Positions 53,754-64,000 are shown, counted from the stretch's first letter. The stretch: DNA of 64,000 nt from Candidatus Bathyarchaeota archaeon (GCA_963807605.1 CAWECG010000002.1:1-64000), one strand, 5' to 3'. Translations and numbers: made by a program. Notes: generated by a model from the letters alone, not told the origin.

Positions 53754-54481
53754 TGAATTTGGCTTCTCGCGCGAAACCTTTTGCATTAACTAGTCGGAGC
53801 GGCCATATATAATAAGCGCATTTTTGAACAGTTTCAACCTGCTCATGCAAAGCAACCGAATCCAAACAACTCAAGCGCCCGTGGAAGTCTAATCTGCAAG
53901 GCGTTCCGTTGCATGCGTTGATGCCTATAAAAAGATAGAAACCGGTTTTCTAGATTAAGCCGTTTTGACTTGGTAGTTTCCTGAGCAATATCAGGTAGAG
54001 GCAGATGGCAGAAGGGGAATGGGGCCCGAGCATACTAGACAAACTAGAGGACGTGTTCGACTACGTCAAGAGACATCCGAGATACTAAAGCAACTAAATG
54101 GTGGGGGTCGTCTGATCAGATCTTCTAAACATTTCTTGACAACTATCTTGAAATTGGAATGCTTGGCGATCGTTACGCTACAACAATCATATCCCATAAC
54201 ACAATACAGCCATGCTTGGCTGGACACTATGGTGGCTCTACCGAATCATACTGTTATCAGTTACGTAATATGCACCAATAGCACAAATGACACAAATCAG
54301 ACCAATGACACAGGCAGCGCGCCGATTGCCTGTCTGTCCTTTTTGATACCGGTCACTATCATATCTAATCCGCTTGCTGGCATACACAATCACCTCCGTT
54401 ATTGTATGACGCTATTTAATATACGCTATAAACCTAAGACTTATATATCTGTCATTCACTCTACTGATAATTTGAGAAACA

Positions 54482-54808
54482 ATGGTACTCGATCTACTTG
54501 ATAAGGAACTCAAGTTTATACCTGAAGAGGAACTACCTGGAAAGGTTAAGAAGAAATCTGGTGAGTGGCTCAGGTTTCTAACAAAGATACCAAAGGGTCA
54601 AGCTCTAGTGGTATCGGAGAAAGAATTAGGAGTTAAAGCCGCTTCACTAAAGTCCATGGTTAATCGACTGGTAAGGAATAGAGCATTACCTCCAACCTAT
54701 TATGTTACGCAGCGTACTACTGACGATAAGACGACAATCTACGTAGTTAACTCTGCACAGAGAGGATCTAGGGAGAAAGGGAAACACTCCACAGTGACAT
54801 TATCATGA
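54482..54808 (+). CDS. Small basic hypothetical protein (possible DNA-binding)
   Basis: 108 aa; TTATATA box upstream. Confidence 0.6.
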   Translation: MVLDLLDKELKFIPEEELPGKVKKKSGEWLRFLTKIPKGQALVVSEKELGVKAASLKSMVNRLVRNRALPPTYYVTQRTTDDKTTIYVVNSAQRGSREKGKHSTVTLS

Positions 54809-54864
54809 ATCTAGAGGATATTTTAGTTATGATAAATTTATATGCGGATAAGACATAAGTGTAG

Positions 54865-55050
54865 TTAACGGAGCTTCAGATGTTGTTAATTGTTCAACAA
54901 AATGGTCATGGCTCTAGAAAGTCAGGATGAGAGGGGTCTTACCCTAGCTTCAGTGGACGAAGGGGGATAAGAGTGTATGCTTCTCATTCTGGTCTAGCTT
55001 AGCCATGACCTTAACGCTACGGTATCCACTGTAGCGTAACACCCTTTTGA
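54865..55050. ncRNA. Candidate structured ncRNA
   Basis: Nested stems GGTCATGGCT/AGCCATGACC, CTAGA/TCTAG, CAGGATGAGA/TCTCATTCTG, then ACGCTAC/GTAGCGT hairpin; TATA-like boxes on both sides. Confidence 0.45.
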
Positions 55051-55140
55051 TGTGCGTGATCTGTCTTATAATATTTTCTGCAATTACCGGGTTCTGTCAA
55101 GTCCTTATCGGTTGCCTTGGTTTCTCCTTGTTGTCAACTT

Positions 55141-55797
55141 TCATCGGGTTGGCTCAGTTAATGCCTTGAGAAGTTGGTATTCAGCAACGACATCACCGAT
55201 TGCATATTCATAAAAGAGAGTATTCTTTTGTCCTCCACTCCCAACAAATTCTAGGTACGCATCGAAGATAGCGTGACCCCCCGCTATCTTGTCGAGAACG
55301 TACTCACGTGCAAACTTAGGGCCCCATCCCTTATTCTTCACGAGGTCTTCGGTCTTGGTGTGAGCTTGAGCCTTGATGTCTGGCCTGACTTTGTACTTTT
55401 CGGCTTTCTCACTCATTTTTAGTTTGTGGGGAACGTCAATCCCGCACTTTGCACATACTTCTTCAAGCCTATGTTTCTTCATCTTATTGAGTTCAGTCAC
55501 TTTGGGTGTTTCACACAGTTCGAAGATGTTTGATTCGGGTATTTCGACTCCTAGAAATCGCTTTAGGAGTGGAATGTCGAACTCCTTGACGTTATATCCC
55601 GCGAAGATATGCCCTTGAGATAACAAAGATGCTATTCGCTTCTCGCCCATTGCCAAAGTCCATTGCGGATCTTTTGAATCATCATAGTATAATTCCTGTT
55701 TGATGGCATCCCCTAGCTGAATTGATAAGATTTGTTCATTATCTTTCATAACATCCGAGCCCAAATTCTTGGTTTCAATGTCCAATACGACATACAT
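55141..55797 (-). CDS. DEDD 3'-5' exonuclease (RNase H-like fold)
   Basis: VVLDIET, GYNVKEFDIPLL, EYAIGDV. Confidence 0.8.
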   Translation of the reverse strand: MYVVLDIETKNLGSDVMKDNEQILSIQLGDAIKQELYYDDSKDPQWTLAMGEKRIASLLSQGHIFAGYNVKEFDIPLLKRFLGVEIPESNIFELCETPKVTELNKMKKHRLEEVCAKCGIDVPHKLKMSEKAEKYKVRPDIKAQAHTKTEDLVKNKGWGPKFAREYVLDKIAGGHAIFDAYLEFVGSGGQKNTLFYEYAIGDVVAEYQLLKALTEPTR

Positions 55798-56124
55798 AAC
55801 CTACTAGCTCTCTCCTAGCCGTGGGTTGTTGTTACTCTTTGATTATCCATTCTCGAATTTGCTTTCTGCATGGTCTATGTACTCTTCAATGGTCTTGTCC
55901 AGTTTCTTCCAGTATAAGTCACTGTGTGTGACGCCACAGATGGTGAGAGTACCCGAATTTGAATTGTTAGAATGACAAGTGTGATATCTTAGAGACGCTG
56001 ATCATCCGCTGGTAATTAGTGTAAGGTTAAGGAACCGAACTTAATCCAAATCCCACCCTCCGCACCAAACCTTAGGTCAAGTTTGCACGCTATTTGTATG
56101 TCTCGAGTTCAAAATTCCCTATTC

Positions 56125-57362
56125 ATGACCGCGCAGCTAGTCTCTGATATTCATCATTATGATCGAAGACTCATTGGAGCGCTCTCCATCCTAGACGGTG
56201 ACGGGAAAATACTCGAGAGCAACCGCAAGAAGGTCAAAGAATTTCTCGAGTACTCCAAGCCGAGGGGCTGAGTGCACCAAGACAGGTCAGATATGTCTAC
56301 GTACTCAGGAAAGTCTCGAGACTACTAGGCAAAGAATTCAAACGCACGACGAAAGATGTCTTGGCGACAGTTGTCTCCAAGCTCGAAAAGCAGGATACTT
56401 CCTACGAGACAAAGCGGTCTGAGAAGGAATGCATCAAGAGATTCTACGCGACTAAGAAACACTGAAGACTACTATCCAACTGAAGTCAAATGGATCAAAG
56501 CCACGCGCAAGAATAACCACAAAATCCTGCCTAACATCTTCTGACTGAAGATGAAGTGAAGAAGCTTGCCGAGGCTTGCCAGAATCAGAGAGACCGAGCC
56601 CTCATACTTGTCACATATGAGACCGGCTGCAGAGTTGGAGAAATACTAACCCTGAAAGTAGGCGACATCTAATTTGACCAGTACGGCGCCGTCATGGTTG
56701 TAAAAGGCAAGACCGGCCCTAGAAGAGTGCGAATCATCTTCACGGCTAAGGCGTTATCAGAATGGTTGAATTACCATCCAGCAAGAAAGGATCCTCAGGC
56801 GCCTTTGTGGACAAGTCTCGAATCCACCAACTCAACTAAGCCTTTCGAGTACTATGCGTTCAGGAAAATGTTGTCCGTCGTAGCTCGGAGAGTAGGCATA
56901 GACAAGCGGGTTAATACTCACTCTTTCCGGCATGCAAGAGCTTCGAATCTGGCAAACGTGCTTACGGAGGCGCAGATGAAGGAATATATCGGCTAGGTTG
57001 GCGACTCGAGAATGGCCTCAACTTGCGTGCATCTCTCTGGAAGAAACATTGACAATGCGTTACTCAACCTTAACGGCATTAAGACAGAAGAGGAGGTCAA
57101 CAAGGAAGAACACAAGTTAAGAATTAAGACGTGTTTGCGTTGTCAAGAGTCTAATTCGCCTACCAGTAGCTTCTGCTCACGATGTGGATCCCCGCTGGAC
57201 ATGAAAACTGCTATGCTACTGCATGAGGAGGAGTCGAAGAGCGATAGCGTGATGGATAATCTCATCGACGATCCTGATGTCAGAGCGCTTTTGCGGTCCA
57301 AGATGAAGGCCATGGCTACGTCAGCACATCCACTTTCATCTACTTTCTGGCTGTCTAACTAA
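56125..57362 (+). pseudogene. XerC/D-like integrase with Zn ribbon; several stops and frameshifts
   Basis: RDRALI..YETGCRVGE, GKTGPRRV, HSFRHARAS, G*VGDSRMAS.VHLSG, CLRC..FCSRCG. Confidence 0.85.
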
Positions 57363-57562
57363 CGTAGTAGGAATCCCTAGAGACTAACGCCGACAAAAAA
57401 ACGGTTCAATTTCCACTCCTCTCACCAGCTAGGGCGACGACAACGACGACTCTTCCTCTACCCTTCGCTTTCACGCGTCGAAAACTGCGCCGTGCACGTC
57501 TTCTCGGTTACGACTTTGATAATCAATGAAGAGGTCTGTTTTTTCCATGACTTTCCTGCTTA

Positions 57563-58156
57563 TCATCTACTTGTATTCCATATTTTCTCGAACTCTGCCT
57601 CGTATTTTAAGGCGATGTCCGAGTTTCTTAGGATTATCATGTTTTCGTTGTTTCGGGTTTCAGCTTCTTTGCTCCAGTTGTAGCTTCCAGTTATTACGAT
57701 TGATTCGTCTATGACTGCGATTTTATCGTGCATAAGGGCTGGGTTCGTGTCGTTTCTAACTTGTACCCCAGCATTCCTCAAGTCGAAGTATTCATTACCT
57801 TTTTCTTGCTCTACCCCCTCCTTCTCGAAGACAATTCTGACGTCTACGCCTCGATTCTTCGCAGAGATGAGCGCATCGCGAACATCATTGAGAGTGAAGC
57901 TGTAGATCAAGACGTGGATCGACGTGTTGGCTCTATTGATCCAGTAGATCAGTCTCTCTTTGCAGCCTCCGTTAGGTGAGAAGTAGACTTCATAGCCAGG
58001 AGGGAGATTTGATGGTTGAATGTTGGTCTCGTTTGCTGTAGAGCCTTGAATGGTCTGTGTAACCGTTTGAGTTAATGTCTGGGTGACTGTTTGGGCTTGT
58101 GGTTTTGAACTGGATCCTGCACCTATGACTAAGCCTAGAATGAACAGTATGCACAT
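57563..58156 (-). CDS. Membrane-anchored PLD-family nuclease (Nuc/EDTA-resistant type)
   Basis: N-terminal TM, T/Q linker, YFSPNGG, MHDKIAVID, TGSYNWS. Confidence 0.88.
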   Translation of the reverse strand: MCILFILGLVIGAGSSSKPQAQTVTQTLTQTVTQTIQGSTANETNIQPSNLPPGYEVYFSPNGGCKERLIYWINRANTSIHVLIYSFTLNDVRDALISAKNRGVDVRIVFEKEGVEQEKGNEYFDLRNAGVQVRNDTNPALMHDKIAVIDESIVITGSYNWSKEAETRNNENMIILRNSDIALKYEAEFEKIWNTSR

Positions 58157-58240
58157 GAGCGCTACTAGTTTGGGAGGTATTGGGTCCTTTATTTTTTCAG
58201 TCCCTCTTTCATTGAAAGCGCGTGAACCGATAGGCGTAGT

Positions 58241-58819
58241 TCACTTTTTACTACGTCTGGTTCTCAGCACGTAACCTGATGCCACTGCTATTGCCGCTAA
58301 CGATGCAACTGGAACCACAAGATTTTCTCCCCCGCCGGGGGAAGCGAACATTGGGGTAGTAGTTGGTTCGGGTGTTGAAGTCGTTTCTATTGCTGTGGTA
58401 ATGGGTGACTCGGCGGTTGTCGGCGTTGCCATAGGCGATGGAGTCTGAGTGGGAGTTGGCGATGGAGTCGTAGTTGGGGTGGGCAATACCGTCGACTGGG
58501 TAGATGTTGCAGTCGCATTGGGTGGAGCTTGAGCAGCATTACATACAGGCGGCTTGCATATTGAACAGGGTCTATATCCTTTACTTTCTGCGTCGCATTC
58601 ATTAGTAAACCAAACCAGATTTGCAGGCTTTATTCGTTTGGCCTCAGGGCAGTTAGGGTAATGGTATACGTTGCTGTTCTTGCTACCGCAAAACATCCCT
58701 TGTGGAGTTCCAAGGGTCTGTTGATAATTGAGGAGGATTCCGGAGAAAGTAGTCACCATAAGTATGCATAGAAAACTTGCGTATACGACGGGGCGCAAAT
58801 CGATCCCCGTTATAACCAT
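58241..58819 (-). CDS. Surface protein with Ada-type metal-binding domain, T/P linker and C-terminal anchor
   Basis: GSKNSNVYHYPNC..F...AESKGYRPCSICKP; TM + RTRRSKK. Confidence 0.8.
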   Translation of the reverse strand: MVITGIDLRPVVYASFLCILMVTTFSGILLNYQQTLGTPQGMFCGSKNSNVYHYPNCPEAKRIKPANLVWFTNECDAESKGYRPCSICKPPVCNAAQAPPNATATSTQSTVLPTPTTTPSPTPTQTPSPMATPTTAESPITTAIETTSTPEPTTTPMFASPGGGENLVVPVASLAAIAVASGYVLRTRRSKK

Positions 58820-59138
58820 TTTAAAGGAGATCTGAATTTAAGACTTTTATCGAGCTATAGCGTTGTCGAACATTAGCATTTGGACGTACCAATAGACGAG
58901 TTTTACTGGTTCTTAATGGGGCTGTTGTGTTCTGAAATGTTTAGAGCACTCCATCTCCATCTGCTCTGATTGTTGGGCGAAGTATCTACACGAAAACGAA
59001 TTTCACACATATCAGGTTGAGAAAATCGGTTGTCCAAAAGGATCATGTCGAACTGAACCTACAAAATCCAGCACACGCGCGTGTTTTCCGCAAGAGCTAA
59101 CTAATTCTTCAGATGATTGATTTTAGTGAAGATAACCG

Positions 59139-60167
59139 TTGCCTTTTTGCATGAATTGTGGCAAGGAACTGAGCCGCTTCTCAAATGTGCCCTACTGCTC
59201 TGATTGCGCCAAAGTGGATACGCCTCGTTGTTCAACCTGCAATTCTCCATTAGTCACGGTCAAAGTTTCCACTGGTTTAGACAAGTTCTCCAAGCTTAGA
59301 GGAATCGATGAGTACCTTACTGCGGAGATGTGCAAGACATGCATGAAGGTAACAGTGCGTCTGGACCTGATCTCTGACGGTTTGATGTCTGTCTTTGTCG
59401 GTCGTGTGGTCCGAGTTGATCGTGAGCGCTATGGCAAGCGGATAGTTCAAATACCAACAAGTTATCCTGAGGAGGCCTCAGGAAAGATTCTGAGATTTTC
59501 TTTCTATCATCCGATCAGAAGAGGAGATAGAGTAGCGATTGCAGGACAGCCGTCAACCGATTGGATTGAACCAATATTAATCAGGAACCTGTCTGCAGGC
59601 TCAGAGAAGATAGGAGGATCACTCTACGCCCAAGTCTTGGTTGAAGACCGGAAGAACCTCAAGATTGCGAACCCACTAGTCATGAAAGCTCAGAAACAAA
59701 TTGACGCAGCCTTGAAGTCATATGAAGAGCAATTAGCGAGAATTGTGACGCGTTCTTCCGAATCTAGGATGCTGAGCCCCTCGGAATTCGAAATGTTGGT
59801 GGCTGACCTCTTTGAGCGACTAAGCTTTCAGAACGTTATGATTACCGGCGGAGCGGGCGACAAGGGCGTAGACATAGAAGCATCCCGAGTCGAGGAGGGT
59901 AGCGGCAAGCTTTCCAGAATCATAGTTCAGTGCGCGCACCAAAGCATGATCAACCGAGTAATGCCCACGCAGGTTAGAGATTTCGCCCATACGATAGAAA
60001 GAGAAAAGAAAAATGATGTTTGTCGCGGGTACTTTGTGACAAGCTCTTACTTCTCTCCAGAGTGTTTTGACAAAGAGAACTGTGGAGACGACATGGAGCT
60101 TATAGACCGTGACCAGCTGGAATTATTGTTGAAGAAAGCGGGACTGCCCTTTCCTGAACTACGATAA
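59139..60167 (+). CDS. Zn-ribbon + Mrr-type restriction endonuclease domain protein
   Basis: FCMNCG; SEFEMLVADLF, GDKGVDI, VQCAH, VTSSYF, ELIDRDQL. Confidence 0.82.
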   Translation: MPFCMNCGKELSRFSNVPYCSDCAKVDTPRCSTCNSPLVTVKVSTGLDKFSKLRGIDEYLTAEMCKTCMKVTVRLDLISDGLMSVFVGRVVRVDRERYGKRIVQIPTSYPEEASGKILRFSFYHPIRRGDRVAIAGQPSTDWIEPILIRNLSAGSEKIGGSLYAQVLVEDRKNLKIANPLVMKAQKQIDAALKSYEEQLARIVTRSSESRMLSPSEFEMLVADLFERLSFQNVMITGGAGDKGVDIEASRVEEGSGKLSRIIVQCAHQSMINRVMPTQVRDFAHTIEREKKNDVCRGYFVTSSYFSPECFDKENCGDDMELIDRDQLELLLKKAGLPFPELR

Positions 60168-60228
60168 TGGTTCATGTTTCAGTCACGTTCGCTGACGACG
60201 ACAAACCAAAGAATAGGGGTATAGTGGC

Positions 60229-60378
60229 ATGAAGATTTTTCACAACTACGTTCGACCGCACGAAGAACTGAAAGGTAAGACTCCTGCGGAAGCTGCTGGA
60301 ATCAAGATTGAAGGAAAAAACAAGTGGATAACACTAATTGAGAATGCCTATGAAATCGCAAAGGCTAGGCGAAACTAG
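60229..60378 (+). pseudogene. IS6-like transposase C-terminal fragment (not in ORF track)
   Basis: MKIFHNYVRPHEELKGKTPAEAAGIKIEGKNKWITLIENA, homologous to 20868-21059. Confidence 0.8.
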
Positions 60379-60902
60379 CTGAGTGTTGCTAGAATGAGGT
60401 AGCCTCCGAATGCCGTGACAATGATGCCCACCATTAAGAACAATAGCCCTAACTGTAGGTAGATGAATTTGCACTTGTTCGTCTTCTGATGAAATTCAGT
60501 TGCATCACTTAGTTGCATAGCAATCTTCTCTAAGCTATACTTGCCCTTGCCCGAATAGAAGAATTGAATTGAATCTAGCGGGTTATTGTCAGGCATTTGT
60601 GGAACGATTTCCCATTTCGGCTCCTTGAAAGCTAGAAGTGAAAAAATCGCTGTTAACATGTATGAAGCAAAACCCACCATTATCAATATCAGAATCTCAG
60701 AGTAGTATGAAGAAAGATGGAGAAGTGCACGTGCGTCTTTGTTTGTGGCTAAGGTGATCATTAGACCAATCAAGACTGTTTGGATGATTCCAGCAAAGCT
60801 CATCAGGCTAGCAGCTTGACCTGTAAGGGTCTTTTTTCGGTCTAGCGTCAGATCATATGCACGTTGTAAATCGGTGTATAACTTGTCCAGTTCATCAGTC
60901 AT
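60375..60902 (-). CDS. 3-TM membrane protein (Pycsar-effector/SLATT-like layout)
   Basis: DRKKTLTGQAASLMSFAG TM1, TM2, N..K before TM3; AGGAGA RBS. Confidence 0.5.
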   Translation of the reverse strand: MTDELDKLYTDLQRAYDLTLDRKKTLTGQAASLMSFAGIIQTVLIGLMITLATNKDARALLHLSSYYSEILILIMVGFASYMLTAIFSLLAFKEPKWEIVPQMPDNNPLDSIQFFYSGKGKYSLEKIAMQLSDATEFHQKTNKCKFIYLQLGLLFLMVGIIVTAFGGYLILATLS

Positions 60903-60917
60903 ATGTTTCTCCTATGC

Positions 60918-61052
60918 CTAATCATTGTTAACCATTTCACGTAGCTTGTTCGGGTAATAGCACTTACCAGATGATTTGTCATACCACTGACACTTATGAG
61001 GGTCACCTTTGCCAGGGCACTTGCTATCTGAAATCCCTTTCGGGCAAGTCAT
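60918..61052 (-). CDS. 44-aa four-cysteine microprotein
   Basis: MTCPKGISDSKCPGKGDPHKCQWYDKSSGKCYYPNKLREMVNND, 15 bp upstream of the 3-TM gene. Confidence 0.5.
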   Translation of the reverse strand: MTCPKGISDSKCPGKGDPHKCQWYDKSSGKCYYPNKLREMVNND

Positions 61053-61729
61053 GGTCGAACAACCGTATTCATCATGACCTATTGTGTTTTTATCAGTTTG
61101 TATTTGATTGCCTTCTGTCCAAGGTCATATTGCAAAAGCCCATTCTGTGATAATCAAAAAGAACAGGAGCATCAACCGATTTTATCCGCTCGAATTCTTC
61201 AACCGTCAACTATCCGCCACATAAGAAAATGGCTTGAACCAATTAGAAATCGACTCCACGAAAAGTGACGCAAAATCGTTCGGCAACCGATTTTTGACAC
61301 GAAAAATCTACCGGTGCGGCAGCCGTCATCTTGACGTTACCCGCCAGTTTCCACTCCATCTCTAATGAAACCAATGGTCAAGCTTTGGTTTAGCGCTAGA
61401 CGTGAACCCACTTTAGACATCGACGAGCTGAATTACCATCCATGATGTCCACGATGTCCATGATTCTGGCATATTACAAGTCTATCGTAGTTGTGGTCGA
61501 TGGCGGATCCAGTGGTCAAACAGCTCTTGTGGTCTAAACTGAAGGCCATGACTACGTGAAAGCATCCTCTAAATGTGATTCTTTCATCAAGAGATATACG
61601 CACACTAAAACGATTAGCTCGCTACGTTCACTAAGATAAGAAGTGTGTGTGATCCCATTGGCGAGCAAATACAAGATTTCATTTTGTTGTTTTCGATTTC
61701 TCGTTAGGTCCTATCATTCGAAGTCAGAG

Positions 61730-62278
61730 CTATTCTCTGGCTTGTTCGACAAGTCTCTTTGCTAGTTCTCTGTCTCCTCTTTCAATCGCCTTGGAGGCTT
61801 CTTGTAGGAGGTCGTCTTTTGTAGGTGGGTAGGTTTTGCAGTCTTCACAGTACCATTTCTTGCTTTGTGACAAGTATGTTAGGGGTTTACCGCAGTTTGT
61901 GCAGTAGTATGTTGATTGAATAGCTGGTTGTGCAGTTTCAATTGGTTTCTCTTTTCTAATCAGTGCAACTATTCCGGCAACGATCAGAAGTAGAGCACCT
62001 ATCCATAGTCCTAGAGCAACAAAGAGTCCAAAAAATCCGCTGATCAGCATTACTGCGCCTCCTGCTTTGGGATGGCTTTTCACGAATGCTGCCCCAATAA
62101 GCCCAATGATGGAAAGCAGTGCTCCTCCAACAGCAGCACCAAGCAAAGTGGCTGGTCCCCCAAATGCTGCAATAAACCCTCCTAGGAGGAATAGGCCAGG
62201 GGCTGAAAGTATTCCGAAGATTCCGCCTACTAGGCCGAGGATGAATTCGGCTGTTCTTTCCGCCATTAACATGCACAC
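61730..62278 (-). CDS. DUF4064-like membrane protein with Zn ribbon
   Basis: RTAEFILGLVGGIFG; YCTNCG..WYCEDC. Confidence 0.75.
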   Translation of the reverse strand: MCMLMAERTAEFILGLVGGIFGILSAPGLFLLGGFIAAFGGPATLLGAAVGGALLSIIGLIGAAFVKSHPKAGGAVMLISGFFGLFVALGLWIGALLLIVAGIVALIRKEKPIETAQPAIQSTYYCTNCGKPLTYLSQSKKWYCEDCKTYPPTKDDLLQEASKAIERGDRELAKRLVEQARE

Positions 62279-63117
62279 CTACTGGTTGCAACAATAGAAG
62301 ATTTGGATTCTTCCATCAAGCTGGGTGTATTATGTTTGATAGTTGGACTATGTTTGATAACATCAGAGCAGAAACTGATGACTGAGCTCTCATACGCACA
62401 AGCAGTCTTCGTCAATATGGATTCGTTGCGAATATCCAGAATAAATGTCGGACCTGTACTCACGGCGTTGCCGAAATAGTGTACCTCTAATGGATTTGTC
62501 GTCGCAAGGATCTCGAATACAACATGGCCAATCTTTGTGTCTTCCGGTCGAAGTGAAATTGGTAAATCGTCGGTCATAGCTTCATAGATATAGCCCTTAT
62601 CAACTATGACCTCCCATCTATAGAAGAATAGGTGTGTTTCCTTGATTCCGATGTTTCTTACCTGAATTTCTAAGAGCAGAAACTTGTATCCCTCATCTGC
62701 TTTGTCGTGACCATACTCTGATGCATACCATACTGACGTGAAAGTGTACTCAATAGGGACGTCATCAACATACTCTTTCATAATGAAAGGCTTTCTCATC
62801 TCTACTGTACCCCCTTTCTGTAAGGGAGTTGGAGTCGGTGTCTCGGTCGTCGGAAGTGGGATCGCTGTTGGAGTGGCGATTTCAGGTTTAGGTCTAGACA
62901 AAGCAGCCGTGAAAATTCCAACAATTAAGATGAAGATAATAACGATCGCTATGTTCCTGTTGGTGTGCGATGGCTTTGCGAGCGACGGTGGAGTAGCTGT
63001 TGGTAATGGAATGGGCGCCGTGATGGATGTTCCGCAATTCATGCAGAATTTCGAATTAGGTGGAAGTTCCTTTCCACATCTTGAGCAGAATTGCACAATG
63101 GTAGCCGTCCTTTTCAC
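62266..63117 (-). CDS. Zn-ribbon + TM + DUF4352-like protein
   Basis: FCSRCG..FCMNCG; ADEGYKFLLLEIQVRNIG; LRPEDTKIGHVVFEI. Confidence 0.75.
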   Translation of the reverse strand: MKRTATIVQFCSRCGKELPPNSKFCMNCGTSITAPIPLPTATPPSLAKPSHTNRNIAIVIIFILIVGIFTAALSRPKPEIATPTAIPLPTTETPTPTPLQKGGTVEMRKPFIMKEYVDDVPIEYTFTSVWYASEYGHDKADEGYKFLLLEIQVRNIGIKETHLFFYRWEVIVDKGYIYEAMTDDLPISLRPEDTKIGHVVFEILATTNPLEVHYFGNAVSTGPTFILDIRNESILTKTACAYESSVISFCSDVIKHSPTIKHNTPSLMEESKSSIVATSRCAC

Positions 63118-63405
63118 ACAGTACCACAGAAATTTGTGGCAACATGTTGGAGATAGCTCTTTCTATACTGTTGAGAGACTAGCTTACAGGGTCGACATGT
63201 TGCAGAAGAAGGTACACGATTGATCAGAAAAACAGAATGATATGCACTCGCGAATAACTTCGTCTGATTCGCGAAGACTGGGTAACGATTCTCTGCTGAC
63301 GTTGATATAACTGTAGTAGGGAGTGGGAGAGAAACGGGGATCGATCGTGATTTGGTGCGACTTGGCGTCCGCTATGTCCTCGATGTCCATGATTCTGCCA
63401 CATCA

Positions 63406-63879
63406 CTAGTCTGCTTGAGTCACTCTTTGGAGTGACGGCCCGGCACTTTGGGCGTTCAAAATAGTTTTCAATAGCGGTAGTAGGGTTTTCAAGTCCTTAG
63501 CCCGGTAATATGGGCAGAATTGGCCCCAAGTCCATTTATTTTTGACTCTTGGTTTCTTTCCGATAATATAATAGCCGATCCTGATCCTTTCTTCCTTTCT
63601 CCCTTTTCGTTCAAATTGAAATCTCAGAATCTCGTATATCATCTTGCTCTGTTTTAGATCACTTCGTGGCATGAACCATTGCTCAAGTATTGGAGATTCG
63701 TGTCGTTTTTTTTCGAGCGGCCCTTTCCATGTAACTCTGTTCCTTGGTTCGAATTTTGGGAGCCCATTCTTTTTTAGGAATCTATTCAGCTTGTCGAGGT
63801 TCGGTCGACTATAGACTTTGGCCAATAGTAATCTAATACGAACGGTAATTCCAGAGATTAAAGACTTATTTTTCGTCAC
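63406..63879 (-). CDS. Hypothetical basic protein
   Basis: 157-aa ORF, IRIGYYIIG..WTWGQFCP. Confidence 0.55.
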   Translation of the reverse strand: MTKNKSLISGITVRIRLLLAKVYSRPNLDKLNRFLKKNGLPKFEPRNRVTWKGPLEKKRHESPILEQWFMPRSDLKQSKMIYEILRFQFERKGRKEERIRIGYYIIGKKPRVKNKWTWGQFCPYYRAKDLKTLLPLLKTILNAQSAGPSLQRVTQAD

Positions 63880-64000
63880 CAGTAGTATTTGGTTTTGGAA
63901 CGAGAGTCCTCAATCTTAAATCCCAATTCTTGAACCGCCCTGCCGGCCCGCCCTATTGTGTTGTGTGGTGGTTGTTGTGGTGGGTTGTGTTTGAAATTGT

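Noticed and set aside
56994-56996. In-frame TAG in integrase as amber read-through
   Set aside because: Position corresponds to the usual GW motif (TGG>TAG) and the gene has other stops and frameshifts.
63930-63955. CCCTGCCGGCCCGCCC as another tRNA-end scar
   Set aside because: Too degenerate; no T-loop or CCA; context is cut by the window end.

Overview
Archaeal DNA, probably Bathyarchaeia. That assignment is inferred from TBP, AOR, BHB-intron tRNA, many TTG/GTG starts, a Bathyarchaeia-type SSB and the integrase families. The window is a mosaic accessory region. Short housekeeping blocks (AOR/ferredoxin/ppsA, MarR-ABC exporter, radical SAMs, hisG) alternate with gene fragments, four tyrosine-integrase genes or remnants, an intact IS5 with 15-bp TIRs and a 9-bp TSD, a TnpB-only IS605 element, IS110 and IS6-like remnants, and many defence-like genes (YejK-like + RelA/SpoT pair, STAND-TPR with a 120-bp repeat array, TIR, PD-(D/E)XK, HNH, Mrr, HEPN, PLD). 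The most striking signal is outside the ORF track. A tRNA-Tyr(GTA) gene at 53336-53549 is split by five separate bulge-helix-bulge introns (9/10, 30/31, 37/38, 53/54, 59/60) and preceded by a leader that duplicates the 5' acceptor strand. Other non-coding signals are tRNA-3'-end att-like scars, a candidate IS110 bridge-RNA region, an orphan structured ncRNA candidate, an iteron/inverted-repeat-bounded 1.2-kb non-coding region, and intergenic GCGCGC motifs. All protein family calls come from motif recognition by eye, with no database searches.
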